From IMG/VR virus record IMGVR_UViG_3300021400_003815: a stretch of 64,000 bases of DNA, one strand, 5' to 3'. The DNA is from an uncultured virus (IMG/VR IMGVR_UViG_3300021400_003815) (Duplodnaviria; Heunggongvirae; Uroviricota; Caudoviricetes). Position numbers and translations under genes: made by a program. The notes below the pieces were generated by a model. It worked only from the letters and a program-made list of their open reading frames with translations, had not been told where the DNA came from and did no database searches. Below are positions 8,498 to 18,280 of this stretch, piece after piece; within the stretch, counting starts at the first letter, position 1, and each line of letters starts with the position of its first letter.

Positions 8498-10633
8498 TTA
8501 GAAGTTATTAAAAGCAGATAATGAAGATAAATCAATAGTATTATCGTCTGAAATTTCCTCAGCATCTGAATAATCAATATCTCCAAAGTCCTCATTGAAG
8601 TATGTCTCAATTAATCCACGTCTACTCTCAACATCCTTGCCCATAAGACTTTCCATAAGTGTATTGAACTCATTCTGATTGTTAATCTTAACTCTGATAA
8701 GATGTCTGTTCTCCTTGTTCATAGTTGTCTTGTTCATAACAGATGCATCTGTCTCACCAAGACCCTTAAGTCTCTGAACAACTAAATCTTTATCCTTGTA
8801 TCCCTCAGCTCTAAGCTGCTCTAACATCTTATCCTTCTCTTTATTTGTATATGCATAATATGTTCTATACTTTCTACCATCTGGTATCTTAATAAGGAAA
8901 AGAGGTGTTTCAGCTATATAAACGTATCCCTTCTTAATCAGAGTAGGTACAAGAACATAAAGTAGAGCTAATACAAGACACCTGATATGGAAACCATCAT
9001 CATCAGCATCAGTACATATGATAATCTTATGATACCTCAGCTTTGACTCATCAAACTCAGGTATTCCCTCAACATCCTTGAGCTTAGCCTCAACTCCGCA
9101 ACCAAGACATCTAAGTATATCAATGACTACCTGACTCTTAAGTACAGTCTTAATTGACTCTTTAATAGGGTTAATAGTTTTACCTCTAAGAGGCAGAACA
9201 GCCTGAGTCTTAGCATCTCTAGCAAGAGTAATAGGACCCTTTGCAGAATCACCCTCTACTATATACAGCTCACACTCTTCAGGATTCTTACTTAAACATC
9301 TTGTGAGCTTCTTAACTGTATCCTTAAAGTTATTAACATCCTTTGTAAGATTCTTAAGTAAAGTCTTAGTGAGCTTTTCACCTTCAATTCTGATTGCCTT
9401 ATTAGCTTCAACTTCCTTAATAAGACGATCCATTTCAGTCTTATGACTAAAAGTCCACTCTTTAAATGCCTTTGTAGTTACTTCCTTAGTAAGTCTCTTA
9501 ATATACTTGTTATTGATAGCTACCTTAGTCTGATGTGTATAAGATGTATCATCACCTGCACAATATGTACTAACTACACCAACAATAAGATTCTCTATAT
9601 CCTTACTTGTATACTTATCACCCTTACTTACTTTATCATTCTGTCTAGCATACTCATTAATGACATTTGTAATAGCCTCCTTGAAACCTTCAAGAGAAGC
9701 ACCACCCTCAGGAAGAATATTACCATTGTGATAAACTTCTACTATAGCATCTTTTCTACCAAAACCAAATGTAACCTCACTACTTGCCCAGTAAAGCTTA
9801 GACATATTCTCTTCATCATCTCTGCCTTCGCCTTCCATATGGTTATTAATAAATTCCTTAGTGAATCTATCAGGAGTTACCTTGTCAAGCCACTCAGCTG
9901 CTCCGCCATCAAATACGATTACATTGTTCTTAAACCCTTCATACTGAAGCTCAAACTTAGAACCTGGAAGCAACATTGCATCTCTTCTAAGTCTATCAAG
10001 AAATACCTCAATAGGGAAAATTACTGAACTAGCGCTCTTAAATACTTCTCTATCTGGCTTAAATCTAATCCATGTGCCTGTATGCTCTGTCACATTTCTC
10101 TCAACCTTGAGTTTAGATGCTGCATAACCCTTAACAAAATGCATCTCATACCTTGTTCTGACAATATCATACTTAAGATTGCCCTTAGCATCTTTCCTAA
10201 TGTTCTCTCGCTCGTCACGTACAGATACAACATCCATAAACTCTGATGTGAACTGAGCTGCTGTATCACCTACACCATTAAGTCCAGCTGATCTCTTATA
10301 ATGCTTATTATCATACTTACCAGATGCATACATGGTACAGAAAATGAGTTCATAAGCATATTTCTTCTCTTTATCATTCCATGCCATAGGTACTCCACGA
10401 CCAAAGTCCTGTACCTCAACTACACCATCCTTGCTATATCTAATAATAGTTCTGTCAGAACCAACCTCTCTGTCCTCATCAGTTGCATTGGTAACTACTT
10501 CCCAAATAGCATGAAGTGCACCATTCTCATCATCAGTTCCCAAAACCGTTGAAGGCTTCTTTCTATAAGGGTCTGCTCCCTTTAATGATGAAATGGAATC
10601 TGCATCATAAAAATTATCGTCTATAACAGCCAT
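8498..10633 (-). CDS. gyrB: Type IIA topoisomerase subunit B (GyrB/ParE family)
   Basis: GHKL motifs EVVTNATDE, DFGRGVP, GLNGVG; TOPRIM motifs VEGDSAKG, PLRGK, IICTDADDDGFHI; RLKGLGE. Confidence 0.93.
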   Translation of the reverse strand: MAVIDDNFYDADSISSLKGADPYRKKPSTVLGTDDENGALHAIWEVVTNATDEDREVGSDRTIIRYSKDGVVEVQDFGRGVPMAWNDKEKKYAYELIFCTMYASGKYDNKHYKRSAGLNGVGDTAAQFTSEFMDVVSVRDERENIRKDAKGNLKYDIVRTRYEMHFVKGYAASKLKVERNVTEHTGTWIRFKPDREVFKSASSVIFPIEVFLDRLRRDAMLLPGSKFELQYEGFKNNVIVFDGGAAEWLDKVTPDRFTKEFINNHMEGEGRDDEENMSKLYWASSEVTFGFGRKDAIVEVYHNGNILPEGGASLEGFKEAITNVINEYARQNDKVSKGDKYTSKDIENLIVGVVSTYCAGDDTSYTHQTKVAINNKYIKRLTKEVTTKAFKEWTFSHKTEMDRLIKEVEANKAIRIEGEKLTKTLLKNLTKDVNNFKDTVKKLTRCLSKNPEECELYIVEGDSAKGPITLARDAKTQAVLPLRGKTINPIKESIKTVLKSQVVIDILRCLGCGVEAKLKDVEGIPEFDESKLRYHKIIICTDADDDGFHIRCLVLALLYVLVPTLIKKGYVYIAETPLFLIKIPDGRKYRTYYAYTNKEKDKMLEQLRAEGYKDKDLVVQRLKGLGETDASVMNKTTMNKENRHLIRVKINNQNEFNTLMESLMGKDVESRRGLIETYFNEDFGDIDYSDAEEISDDNTIDLSSLSAFNNF

Positions 10634-10766
10634 GTTAACTCCTTTAACTTAAACAAAATATTACTTTAAAATATACATACTACTATTTATAAGCATACAT
10701 AAATACATATTTAAGATAACAAATTATACATTTTATCTACAATTCTACATTAATAGCTAAATAAAA

Positions 10767-10806
10767 TAGCAGATGTTCCGACGTTTTCCGCCGAAAACAC
10801 CTGCTA
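10767..10806 (-). terminator. Long GC-rich hairpin / terminator
   Basis: Minus strand TAGCAGGTGTTTTCGGCG-GAAAA-CGTCGGAACATCTGCTA followed by TTTTATTT. Confidence 0.7.
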
Positions 10807-10896
10807 TGACGAGTAGAAGAAAATATGAAATGAAAAATACATAATTTATTCTATTAACTGTCTATATCAATCTTATTAATTTATCTTAGTATGCCT

Positions 10897-11238
10897 TCAA
10901 TTATTTTCAAAGTCTGTTTCATCTGTTTCATCCTGTCCATTTGAATCATTAGCCACCCTAACCATCTGTAAAGGCTCAGCTACATCAGCAGTTATATTAG
11001 TATAAACTCTTAATAAACTTCCTCTGCTAAATTCAGCACATTTAGGACACTTATACATATTTTTAGTACCCTTATTATATGCTCTATCATCCTCTAATGT
11101 TATATATGCCCTTCTCATTTCTCTAGTGACACAAGCACTATGTGTTATGCTATCCCACTCAATAAGCCTGCTTCCTTTTTTACATCTAGGACACACTATA
11201 ACACCATAAAGAATCTTATTCATTTCTATTTTGCTCAT
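10897..11238 (-). CDS. Small Zn-ribbon protein
   Basis: CPRC...CPKC; start overlaps the stop of the upstream gene (ATGA). Confidence 0.7.
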   Translation of the reverse strand: MSKIEMNKILYGVIVCPRCKKGSRLIEWDSITHSACVTREMRRAYITLEDDRAYNKGTKNMYKCPKCAEFSRGSLLRVYTNITADVAEPLQMVRVANDSNGQDETDETDFENN

Positions 11239-13277
11239 ATATTTACCCCCGGAATAACAGAAGTTTCTCTCTTAACATAAGAATTAATATATATCAATCT
11301 ATCATACTCAATACTGCCTCTAATTTCCTCATCTAGCTTATTAGCATCAGTACTTTCAAGGTTAAATGAACTGTTCTCACTAATCATGTTATCCCAATAT
11401 GCTGAACGAGCTTTAATATAACTTATACGAGTATTATTACTCATATCCTCTACATATCCAAACTCATCTCTATAACCCTGAGTGCTTGTATCACACATTA
11501 CTATTGTAGGTAAACATTTGTTACCTCTCTCATTTAATAATACCTGTAATACTTCTGTTTCAAACTGTTTATTTAAGGAACCTGAAAGATATGTAAATAA
11601 TATAGGTGTATTAACAATATCATTCCAAGTATCTACTTGCTTTGTAATAAACTTGTCTAATTCATCAGCATTTACTTCTGCACTACTCTGCTTAAATGAA
11701 TTATACTTAGCATATACTTCCTCAAGTACTCTACTTCTTATATTGCTTGCTATTCCTTTAAGCTGATTGCTATTAATTTCCTTAATCTTATTAATATTAT
11801 TATCAATGCTATGCTTTGAGTCTAGTAAGTTCATAGTGTAATTAGCTACTGCTTTTCCAGTCTCATCATCAAACTCTCCTCCAAACTCGTCACGTGTAGC
11901 TTCATATGCTTTCTGTATAATTGATTTAATTAATAAGTCTACAGACTTAGTCATGAGCATCTGAATTTTTTCTTCATCTCTATCTTTAAAATAATATCCT
12001 GTATTCGTAACAGCCATAGCATTCTTGATTACATCAGCTCTTATTAATCCTATTTCAGAAAGTGACATATACTTAACTGGTCTAGCTCCTCTCTGGAACA
12101 GATACTTAAGACAAGTATATACAAAGGTTTTCTTTGAGAATCCTTTATCTCCTGCAAGTAAGTAGCTATGCTTAAGCTTAACACCAGTTTTACAAGATGT
12201 CAGTATACTATTCATAGCTGCCATATATCTTTTTCTACCAACTATTGTACGCCCATTAGCTCTTCTTCTTAAGCTCTCAAGAGACTCCCTATTGCTATAC
12301 TCTATATCCTTATATTCCTCAGGAATTAAACCAATAGAAACAGCATTTATTCTAGTTGCTCCAGTTATATTCTCAGCTGCTTTCTGTCTTTCAATCTCAG
12401 CTTCTCTTGCTTTTCTTTCTGCTACTCTCTTACCACATTCACACTCAATCTTAAACCCATTATGCTCTCTTACACCACTTCCATGACAATAAGGACACTC
12501 ACTATCATATTCCTTGTACATAAGGTTTATTTCTTCATCATCTGAATCATCATCTGAATCAGATTCATCTTCATCATCGAAGCTAATTCCGCCACCTACA
12601 GTCTCTTCTTCCTCACTTTTTTCTCTGAAATTTTCAACTTCACTGCTACTCAAATTTTGACCTAACTGTTCATCAATTTTTTCATCAATGTCATCCTCAT
12701 TTTTTAAAATATTCCCTAAGTTCATTTCCTGATTATCACTATTTTTATCTTCTGCCAAATCTTTTCCATAATCAGTTTTATTTTCAGAATTAGCTAATTC
12801 ATTTTTAACCTTACTGCTACCAGTTTTTCCTTTACTTGCCTCTATATAATCAACTTCATGGCTTGTACTCAATCTGACTGTATTATCCGTGTCAATGATT
12901 ATAACCTCATCATCAGACTGTAATAAATCTATCTTACGAGCTACACTCTTCTTATCAACTAGTTCTATCTTGATTAAATCTCCAGTTTCTACAATGTATA
13001 TTGTTCTACTCTTACAGAAAGTACAAATTGTTCCACGTAACAATTCACTAATTGATATGTTATTCTTATTCTTTATTATGTTATTTAATGTTTTTGCAGA
13101 ACCATAATCAGCCTTATTGTAAAGTTCAGCAATAAGACTGTTATTTATATTCTTTACTATGATTTTCTGCCTTCCTATTAAGTCATTAAACTCATCTACT
13201 GAAATAACTTCAATATCTCCCTTATTATAAAGAAATACTGTCTGGTTCCTATCAATTAATAAAAGCACTCTCTCCAT
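11235..13277 (-). CDS. DnaC/IstB-like helicase-loader-related protein with degenerate AAA+ motifs
   Basis: CPYCHGSG...CEC Zn motif followed by IPEEY; YLLAGDKGFSKKT (degenerate Walker A); NERGNKCLPTIV resembling the DnaC R...LPTII motif. Start moved to ATG 13277 (GGAG upstream). Confidence 0.55.
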   Translation of the reverse strand: MERVLLLIDRNQTVFLYNKGDIEVISVDEFNDLIGRQKIIVKNINNSLIAELYNKADYGSAKTLNNIIKNKNNISISELLRGTICTFCKSRTIYIVETGDLIKIELVDKKSVARKIDLLQSDDEVIIIDTDNTVRLSTSHEVDYIEASKGKTGSSKVKNELANSENKTDYGKDLAEDKNSDNQEMNLGNILKNEDDIDEKIDEQLGQNLSSSEVENFREKSEEEETVGGGISFDDEDESDSDDDSDDEEINLMYKEYDSECPYCHGSGVREHNGFKIECECGKRVAERKAREAEIERQKAAENITGATRINAVSIGLIPEEYKDIEYSNRESLESLRRRANGRTIVGRKRYMAAMNSILTSCKTGVKLKHSYLLAGDKGFSKKTFVYTCLKYLFQRGARPVKYMSLSEIGLIRADVIKNAMAVTNTGYYFKDRDEEKIQMLMTKSVDLLIKSIIQKAYEATRDEFGGEFDDETGKAVANYTMNLLDSKHSIDNNINKIKEINSNQLKGIASNIRSRVLEEVYAKYNSFKQSSAEVNADELDKFITKQVDTWNDIVNTPILFTYLSGSLNKQFETEVLQVLLNERGNKCLPTIVMCDTSTQGYRDEFGYVEDMSNNTRISYIKARSAYWDNMISENSSFNLESTDANKLDEEIRGSIEYDRLIYINSYVKRETSVIPGVNI

Positions 13278-13342
13278 TTTATAAATCTCCAAAATAAACC
13301 TAATTTAATACCTAATATTACATTAGAGTTCATAAAACAACA

Positions 13343-13375
13343 AAAAACTACTAGAATTTTACTCTAGTAGTTTTT
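13343..13375 (-). terminator. Rho-independent (bidirectional-type) terminator
   Basis: AAAAACTACTAGA-N7-TCTAGTAGTTTTT. Confidence 0.75.
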
Positions 13376-13395
13376 ATCTCTATATACTGTATTTA

Positions 13396-14460
13396 TTATA
13401 CTTTAGATGCTCTTCTCTTATACATTTCAACCTTAGATACTAAATTCTTAACATCCTCAGTGAAATCCTCCTCAGTAGCCCAAAGCTTTCTCTCAAGTCT
13501 TGTACGTATCTCTGTCATTTCAGATGCAGGTGTAGAAGGATTCATATACTTTCTATAATTGATACCTGAAATAGCTCCAAGTCTAATCTCTACTAACTGA
13601 GGTACTGTAAACTTATATGCTAAGTAATTAGCACCTGTTTTCTTACTCTTTACTACGTAACATCTAAGGTCAACCTTGTTTCTTATCTCAGCCTTATAGA
13701 ATCTTAAAACCTTAACATCATATTTAGGAGAAGCAAGAGCCTTACAATCAAAACCTAAATCATCAATCTCTAACAGCTCTTTCATCTGTTCAGCAGATAA
13801 TCTAGGGTCACATACCTTATTATAAGCCTTTCCATTATTCTTAGCTGCTCTAAGTATAGCTAACTGAGATGCATTGTACTTACTCTTATCAGCAGTTTCT
13901 TTCTCTATAGAGTACTTAGCTATTCTATCTCTAGTTACTGTTGAAACAGTAAATGTATCAATACTGTTAGCATAGAATAAACTAATATGTGCACCCCTAT
14001 CTTCAGTAGCTTCAACAAACTTAGCATTATGTAAAAGTCTTACATTATGCTTATTATAAAGCCTTGCCTTATCTATTAAGTCAGATGTCTTAACATTGAA
14101 GCAAGCCCCTCTCTTACAGTTAAATATAACATAACCAAGATTATTACTCTTATTCTGACTGTCAATCATATATGCTAACAGTATATGAGGAATTGCTTTC
14201 TTCTGCTTCTCGAATATATCAAATGCATATCCGCAACTCTTAATTGTATCATCAACAACCTTGAAGTTTATTGTCTTGAGTCTATTACCTTTACTAATAG
14301 TATTAAGGTCATTTAAAAGTGTCTTACCACCTTTAATACCATATTTCTTATTCATTACAAGTTTATAATCAGGCTTATCTTCGCTGCTACAAAGTGTAAC
14401 AATGTTAACAGCATCTAACTTAGAACTATAATTAATAACAAATGCTACAAAATTCTTCAT
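13396..14460 (-). CDS. Hypothetical protein with C-terminal helical repeats (QLxEIRLG...Y.NP...EMxEIR type)
   Basis: Internal repeats YNASQL / LSAEQMKEL / FTVPQLVEIRLG / PASEMTEIR. Confidence 0.7.
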   Translation of the reverse strand: MKNFVAFVINYSSKLDAVNIVTLCSSEDKPDYKLVMNKKYGIKGGKTLLNDLNTISKGNRLKTINFKVVDDTIKSCGYAFDIFEKQKKAIPHILLAYMIDSQNKSNNLGYVIFNCKRGACFNVKTSDLIDKARLYNKHNVRLLHNAKFVEATEDRGAHISLFYANSIDTFTVSTVTRDRIAKYSIEKETADKSKYNASQLAILRAAKNNGKAYNKVCDPRLSAEQMKELLEIDDLGFDCKALASPKYDVKVLRFYKAEIRNKVDLRCYVVKSKKTGANYLAYKFTVPQLVEIRLGAISGINYRKYMNPSTPASEMTEIRTRLERKLWATEEDFTEDVKNLVSKVEMYKRRASKV

Positions 14461-14496
14461 CTCTGTATCTCCTAACCTTTATCTATATAACCTTTC

Positions 14497-15693
14497 TCAT
14501 GATGACTGTAAACTCTTTCTTACTGTAGGAAGAATCTCATTCATAATGTACATACCAGCCTTACTTGCTCTGAATCTATCATCATAAAGTACAGAGTTGA
14601 AACCATCAATATTATGTACTAAAGTTCTAATCATTAATACCTGGTCATCTTTACTACCAACTGCAAATACAAATGTAGCAGTATTTATAACAGCATTAAG
14701 TTCTCTCTCTGTTACATCATAAGTTTTCTCAAGGTCCTCCTTGAATATCTCAGCTAACTTAGCCTCTATCTGTCTCATTGTAATTAAGAACTCTTTATGA
14801 TTAAGACTCTTAGCTGCTTCAGCTTTAACCTTACCTGCTATAACATCATCAATGCTAATCTTAGCTTGATTAAACTGATAAAAATCTCCAAATAGACTTC
14901 CTGTTCTCTCACCTACAAAACCTGCTGCATAATCTGCTGCATCACGAGGATCAATAGCAGAACCACCATTATTTAATTCATACCATGAAAGAAGTTTACT
15001 AAAACTTGTCCATGTTCTAGGAGATGCAAACGCTTCAGCTATATCTCCAGTATCTGAATTGAATGTATAGAACTCATCCCTAAACTGAGAAAGGAAAGCA
15101 AGTATTGAAGGGTTAATCTTATTATCTACAGCCCATTTACTCCAATCATTGAAGTTAGTCGTTACTCTATAGCCCTGAAATCTGTTTAAGAATGCAGGCT
15201 CAAGTCCTTCAAATGAACCACCATCTTCATCACCATTACCTATAGCAACTACAACCCAACCATCAGGTAACTTGTAGTTAGCTATAGCTCTTTTACCATC
15301 TAACAGCTGGAAACAGCAAGTTCTTAAAGACTTTGAGCATGATGTAATCTCATCCAACACAAGAATACCGTACTTACCATCTCTAGCTTCAGTAGGTAAT
15401 AAACCATTTGATGCCCAAGTTGTAAAAGGATTGCCAGCGTTATCCTTCTCAACGAGAGGAACACCAATTACATCAGTCTCCTGCATAGTTACAAGTCTCA
15501 ACTCACAATATCCTACATTTAACTTTCTAGCAAGTCCTTCAATACCCTCAGACTTACCAATGCCTGGCTTGCCTAAACCAAGTATTGGTCTAGGCTGTGA
15601 CCACTCACCACCAGCTAAAGCCATTCTGCAAGCTGTCTCTATATGACCTAAGAACTTCTTAATACTTATTTCCTTTAAATTCATTGTGCTCAT
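14497..15693 (-). CDS. MoxR-like / dynein-related AAA+ ATPase
   Basis: Walker A GKPGIGKS, Walker B ILVLDEI, VAIGN, AFLNRF, SPRTW. Confidence 0.85.
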   Translation of the reverse strand: MSTMNLKEISIKKFLGHIETACRMALAGGEWSQPRPILGLGKPGIGKSEGIEGLARKLNVGYCELRLVTMQETDVIGVPLVEKDNAGNPFTTWASNGLLPTEARDGKYGILVLDEITSCSKSLRTCCFQLLDGKRAIANYKLPDGWVVVAIGNGDEDGGSFEGLEPAFLNRFQGYRVTTNFNDWSKWAVDNKINPSILAFLSQFRDEFYTFNSDTGDIAEAFASPRTWTSFSKLLSWYELNNGGSAIDPRDAADYAAGFVGERTGSLFGDFYQFNQAKISIDDVIAGKVKAEAAKSLNHKEFLITMRQIEAKLAEIFKEDLEKTYDVTERELNAVINTATFVFAVGSKDDQVLMIRTLVHNIDGFNSVLYDDRFRASKAGMYIMNEILPTVRKSLQSS

Positions 15694-15780
15694 ATCATTA
15701 AATCCTCTAACCTATTACTTATAAATCTTAAATAACACTTTATATACTAGTGACAGCTACTTCAAACTACTTAACCAACC

Positions 15781-18165
15781 TCACCTACGCTTTTTGTCCT
15801 CATATACTGCCATTCTACCGCAAGGTTTCTTGAATGAAGTTCTATCTTGCTCTGGTATTACCCATATAACATGCTTACCAAACTTCTTTACATACTCTTC
15901 ATTTAAAGTTCCAAAGTATCCATCAGTAAACACTACTATAACCTTAGCTTTATTTATACCTTTAAGACCACTTAGGTATCTAAAACAACAGTTTATATCA
16001 GTTCCACCACCGCCTTTAGGTATTACCTTAAGCAAACTTTGTTTATCTTTAAACTTTCCAGTTTCTCTTACAGCTGTATCCCAATATATTATCTCAGCAT
16101 CTGTTTTGAATTTATCAAGTATCTGCTTAACTTGACTTAATGCTATTGATAAATCCTCATCACTTATAGAACCAGATGTATCAACACAAATCTTTATACC
16201 CTCTAATGCATCAGGCTCTAACTTTTTCTTACCAGGTAAATATCTATTTCTTGAGATAAATCTTCTATCAGGAGTGCTTAATGATGTTTCAGTAGCTGTA
16301 ACTGCTCTCAGATATGCCAATAATAATTGTCTCCATCTAACCTTAGGTGCTAACTCAAGCTCTACAAATCTAGAGAAGAAGTCACTCATATGACCTCCAC
16401 GCATCCTAGTTTCAACAGAAGCTGACTGAATACGTCTATTCTGTTTATCCTCAAGCTCACTATCACCTGCTCTGCTATCCTCTTCAGATTCCACAAGGTC
16501 AACATTTAAATAACCTTTTATCTTCTTACCTCTGAAGCTTATTTCTCCAATTTCAACGTTCTGACCATTAACCTCTACAGTACTAGTTTTACCTTGCCCA
16601 GACTTATCATCCTTATTCTTATTAGCTTCCTGTCCGTTAGCTCCCTGTCCATTATTCTGTTCATCGGAACCTTGCTCATCAGAACCCTGTCCACTCTGCC
16701 CATCACCTTGTTCACCTTGACCGCTCTGGCTTTGTCCTTGACCGCTCTGACTCTGTTCACTCTGTCCTTGTCCACTCTGACTCTGACCACTCTGTCCTTG
16801 TCCGTTCTGTCCTTGACCACCCTGCTGCTTATCTGATTGAATCTTAAAAGACTCCATTAATTCATCATAGATACCCTCAACTGTGTCTACCTTTACATCT
16901 ACTTTATCAGAGAATAAACTTCCATCCATAAAGGCAATTCCACATCTATTAGTATCTTCAGCAGGATATACTATACCAGCATCAGGATTGCAACCATATT
17001 CATCAGCAAGCAACTTATTTATAAATAAGTCACCAGCTATATTAAACACTTGATGATTCCTACCTCTGCCCCTTATTATATGCTTAAGAGCTATATGAGA
17101 TATCTCGTGCATGATTACAAATAATAACTCAGCACTTGTCATCCCATTTACAAAATCATAATTAAAATAAATGTTATCAGTAGAAGCTGCAGCTGTATTT
17201 ACAATCTTACTATCTCTAGTAAAAATCTTTCTAGAGCTATTATAAATAGAATAATAGAACATATCTATTTCCTGCAATGCTATTGCACATTTAATTAACT
17301 TTCCACTTATACTAACACCTGTCTTAGGGTCTGTCATAATGTCTTTAAGAGAATCATCACTCTCTATTCCAAGCATTATAGGCTCAACTTCAGTTCCTCT
17401 AGCATACTTACCAAACTTAGAGTTTATAGTATTAACATCATCTATATCCTCAAAAATCTTAGCTGTATTCTGAGCATCCTTAAGTCTCTTCTCTTCTTTT
17501 GTTTCTGCTTTATATCCACTTTCTAAAAGAGCCTTATTTTCTGCATCCTGAGCTAAAACCTTATCTCTACCTTTATTAGAGAATAAACTCTCATCTTCAT
17601 CATTAACATTAGCACTCTGAGCAGTAGCCTGTGCCACACTTGTATCTGCACCTGCACTTGCACCCTGTGCCTTGCTCTTACCTGTAAAGCTATTAGCTAA
17701 CCTTTCCTCATATTCTTTCTTAACAGACTCCATAAACTTCTCATTGTTTATATCAGTGCCCTTAAAGTTATCTACTAATGGCTTAGAATTTATTATTCTT
17801 TTACCATACATGTTTATATCACTTTGAGTCATGCTTATCAGCTTACCTGAGAAGTTAGCTACACTATACAAGCCTCCTGAGTTATGCTCTATAAGTATCA
17901 TAGCATCAGGCTTATCACAATATCTGCTGTCTGTTGGTTTATAGGCTATGTTTACTCTAGGTATATCACTGATACCCATACCTTTACCTGTTAAACCGCC
18001 ACCCATTACTTCTACATTAAGAAAGTTAGCTCCTTTATTCAAAGCTCCTATAACGCTTTCATATGTTACATCCTTAACGTACATATTATTATCTACATCA
18101 AGTATTCTAAAACCTTTAAGAGCTTTATCCTTATAAATCATTGATGTTACTAAAAATCTACTCAT
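15781..18165 (-). CDS. Metallopeptidase (HExxH) plus VWA domain protein (DUF2201-like) with an extra N-terminal region
   Basis: HEISH...H, NIAGDLFIN, Gln/Gly/Ser linker, MIDAS VDTSGSIS, GGGTD, VFTDG. Confidence 0.85.
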   Translation of the reverse strand: MSRFLVTSMIYKDKALKGFRILDVDNNMYVKDVTYESVIGALNKGANFLNVEVMGGGLTGKGMGISDIPRVNIAYKPTDSRYCDKPDAMILIEHNSGGLYSVANFSGKLISMTQSDINMYGKRIINSKPLVDNFKGTDINNEKFMESVKKEYEERLANSFTGKSKAQGASAGADTSVAQATAQSANVNDEDESLFSNKGRDKVLAQDAENKALLESGYKAETKEEKRLKDAQNTAKIFEDIDDVNTINSKFGKYARGTEVEPIMLGIESDDSLKDIMTDPKTGVSISGKLIKCAIALQEIDMFYYSIYNSSRKIFTRDSKIVNTAAASTDNIYFNYDFVNGMTSAELLFVIMHEISHIALKHIIRGRGRNHQVFNIAGDLFINKLLADEYGCNPDAGIVYPAEDTNRCGIAFMDGSLFSDKVDVKVDTVEGIYDELMESFKIQSDKQQGGQGQNGQGQSGQSQSGQGQSEQSQSGQGQSQSGQGEQGDGQSGQGSDEQGSDEQNNGQGANGQEANKNKDDKSGQGKTSTVEVNGQNVEIGEISFRGKKIKGYLNVDLVESEEDSRAGDSELEDKQNRRIQSASVETRMRGGHMSDFFSRFVELELAPKVRWRQLLLAYLRAVTATETSLSTPDRRFISRNRYLPGKKKLEPDALEGIKICVDTSGSISDEDLSIALSQVKQILDKFKTDAEIIYWDTAVRETGKFKDKQSLLKVIPKGGGGTDINCCFRYLSGLKGINKAKVIVVFTDGYFGTLNEEYVKKFGKHVIWVIPEQDRTSFKKPCGRMAVYEDKKRR
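16690..16825 (-). repeat. Degenerate coding tandem repeat (GQ/SQ linker)
   Basis: QGGQGQNGQGQSGQSQSGQGQSEQSQSGQGQSQSGQG in the translation. Confidence 0.7.
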
Positions 18166-18248
18166 ATCAAATCTCCAAAACCCAAAACAACTCTCTTATA
18201 TAAACTTTCACAAATACTACTATTGAATGCTATATTATTAAATTAAAA

Positions 18249-18276
18249 ATAGACGACACTGTAACGTGCCGTCTAT
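18249..18276 (-). terminator. Rho-independent terminator
   Basis: Minus strand ATAGACGGCAC...GTGTCGTCTAT followed by TTTTAATT. Confidence 0.7.
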
Positions 18277-18280
18277 AATG

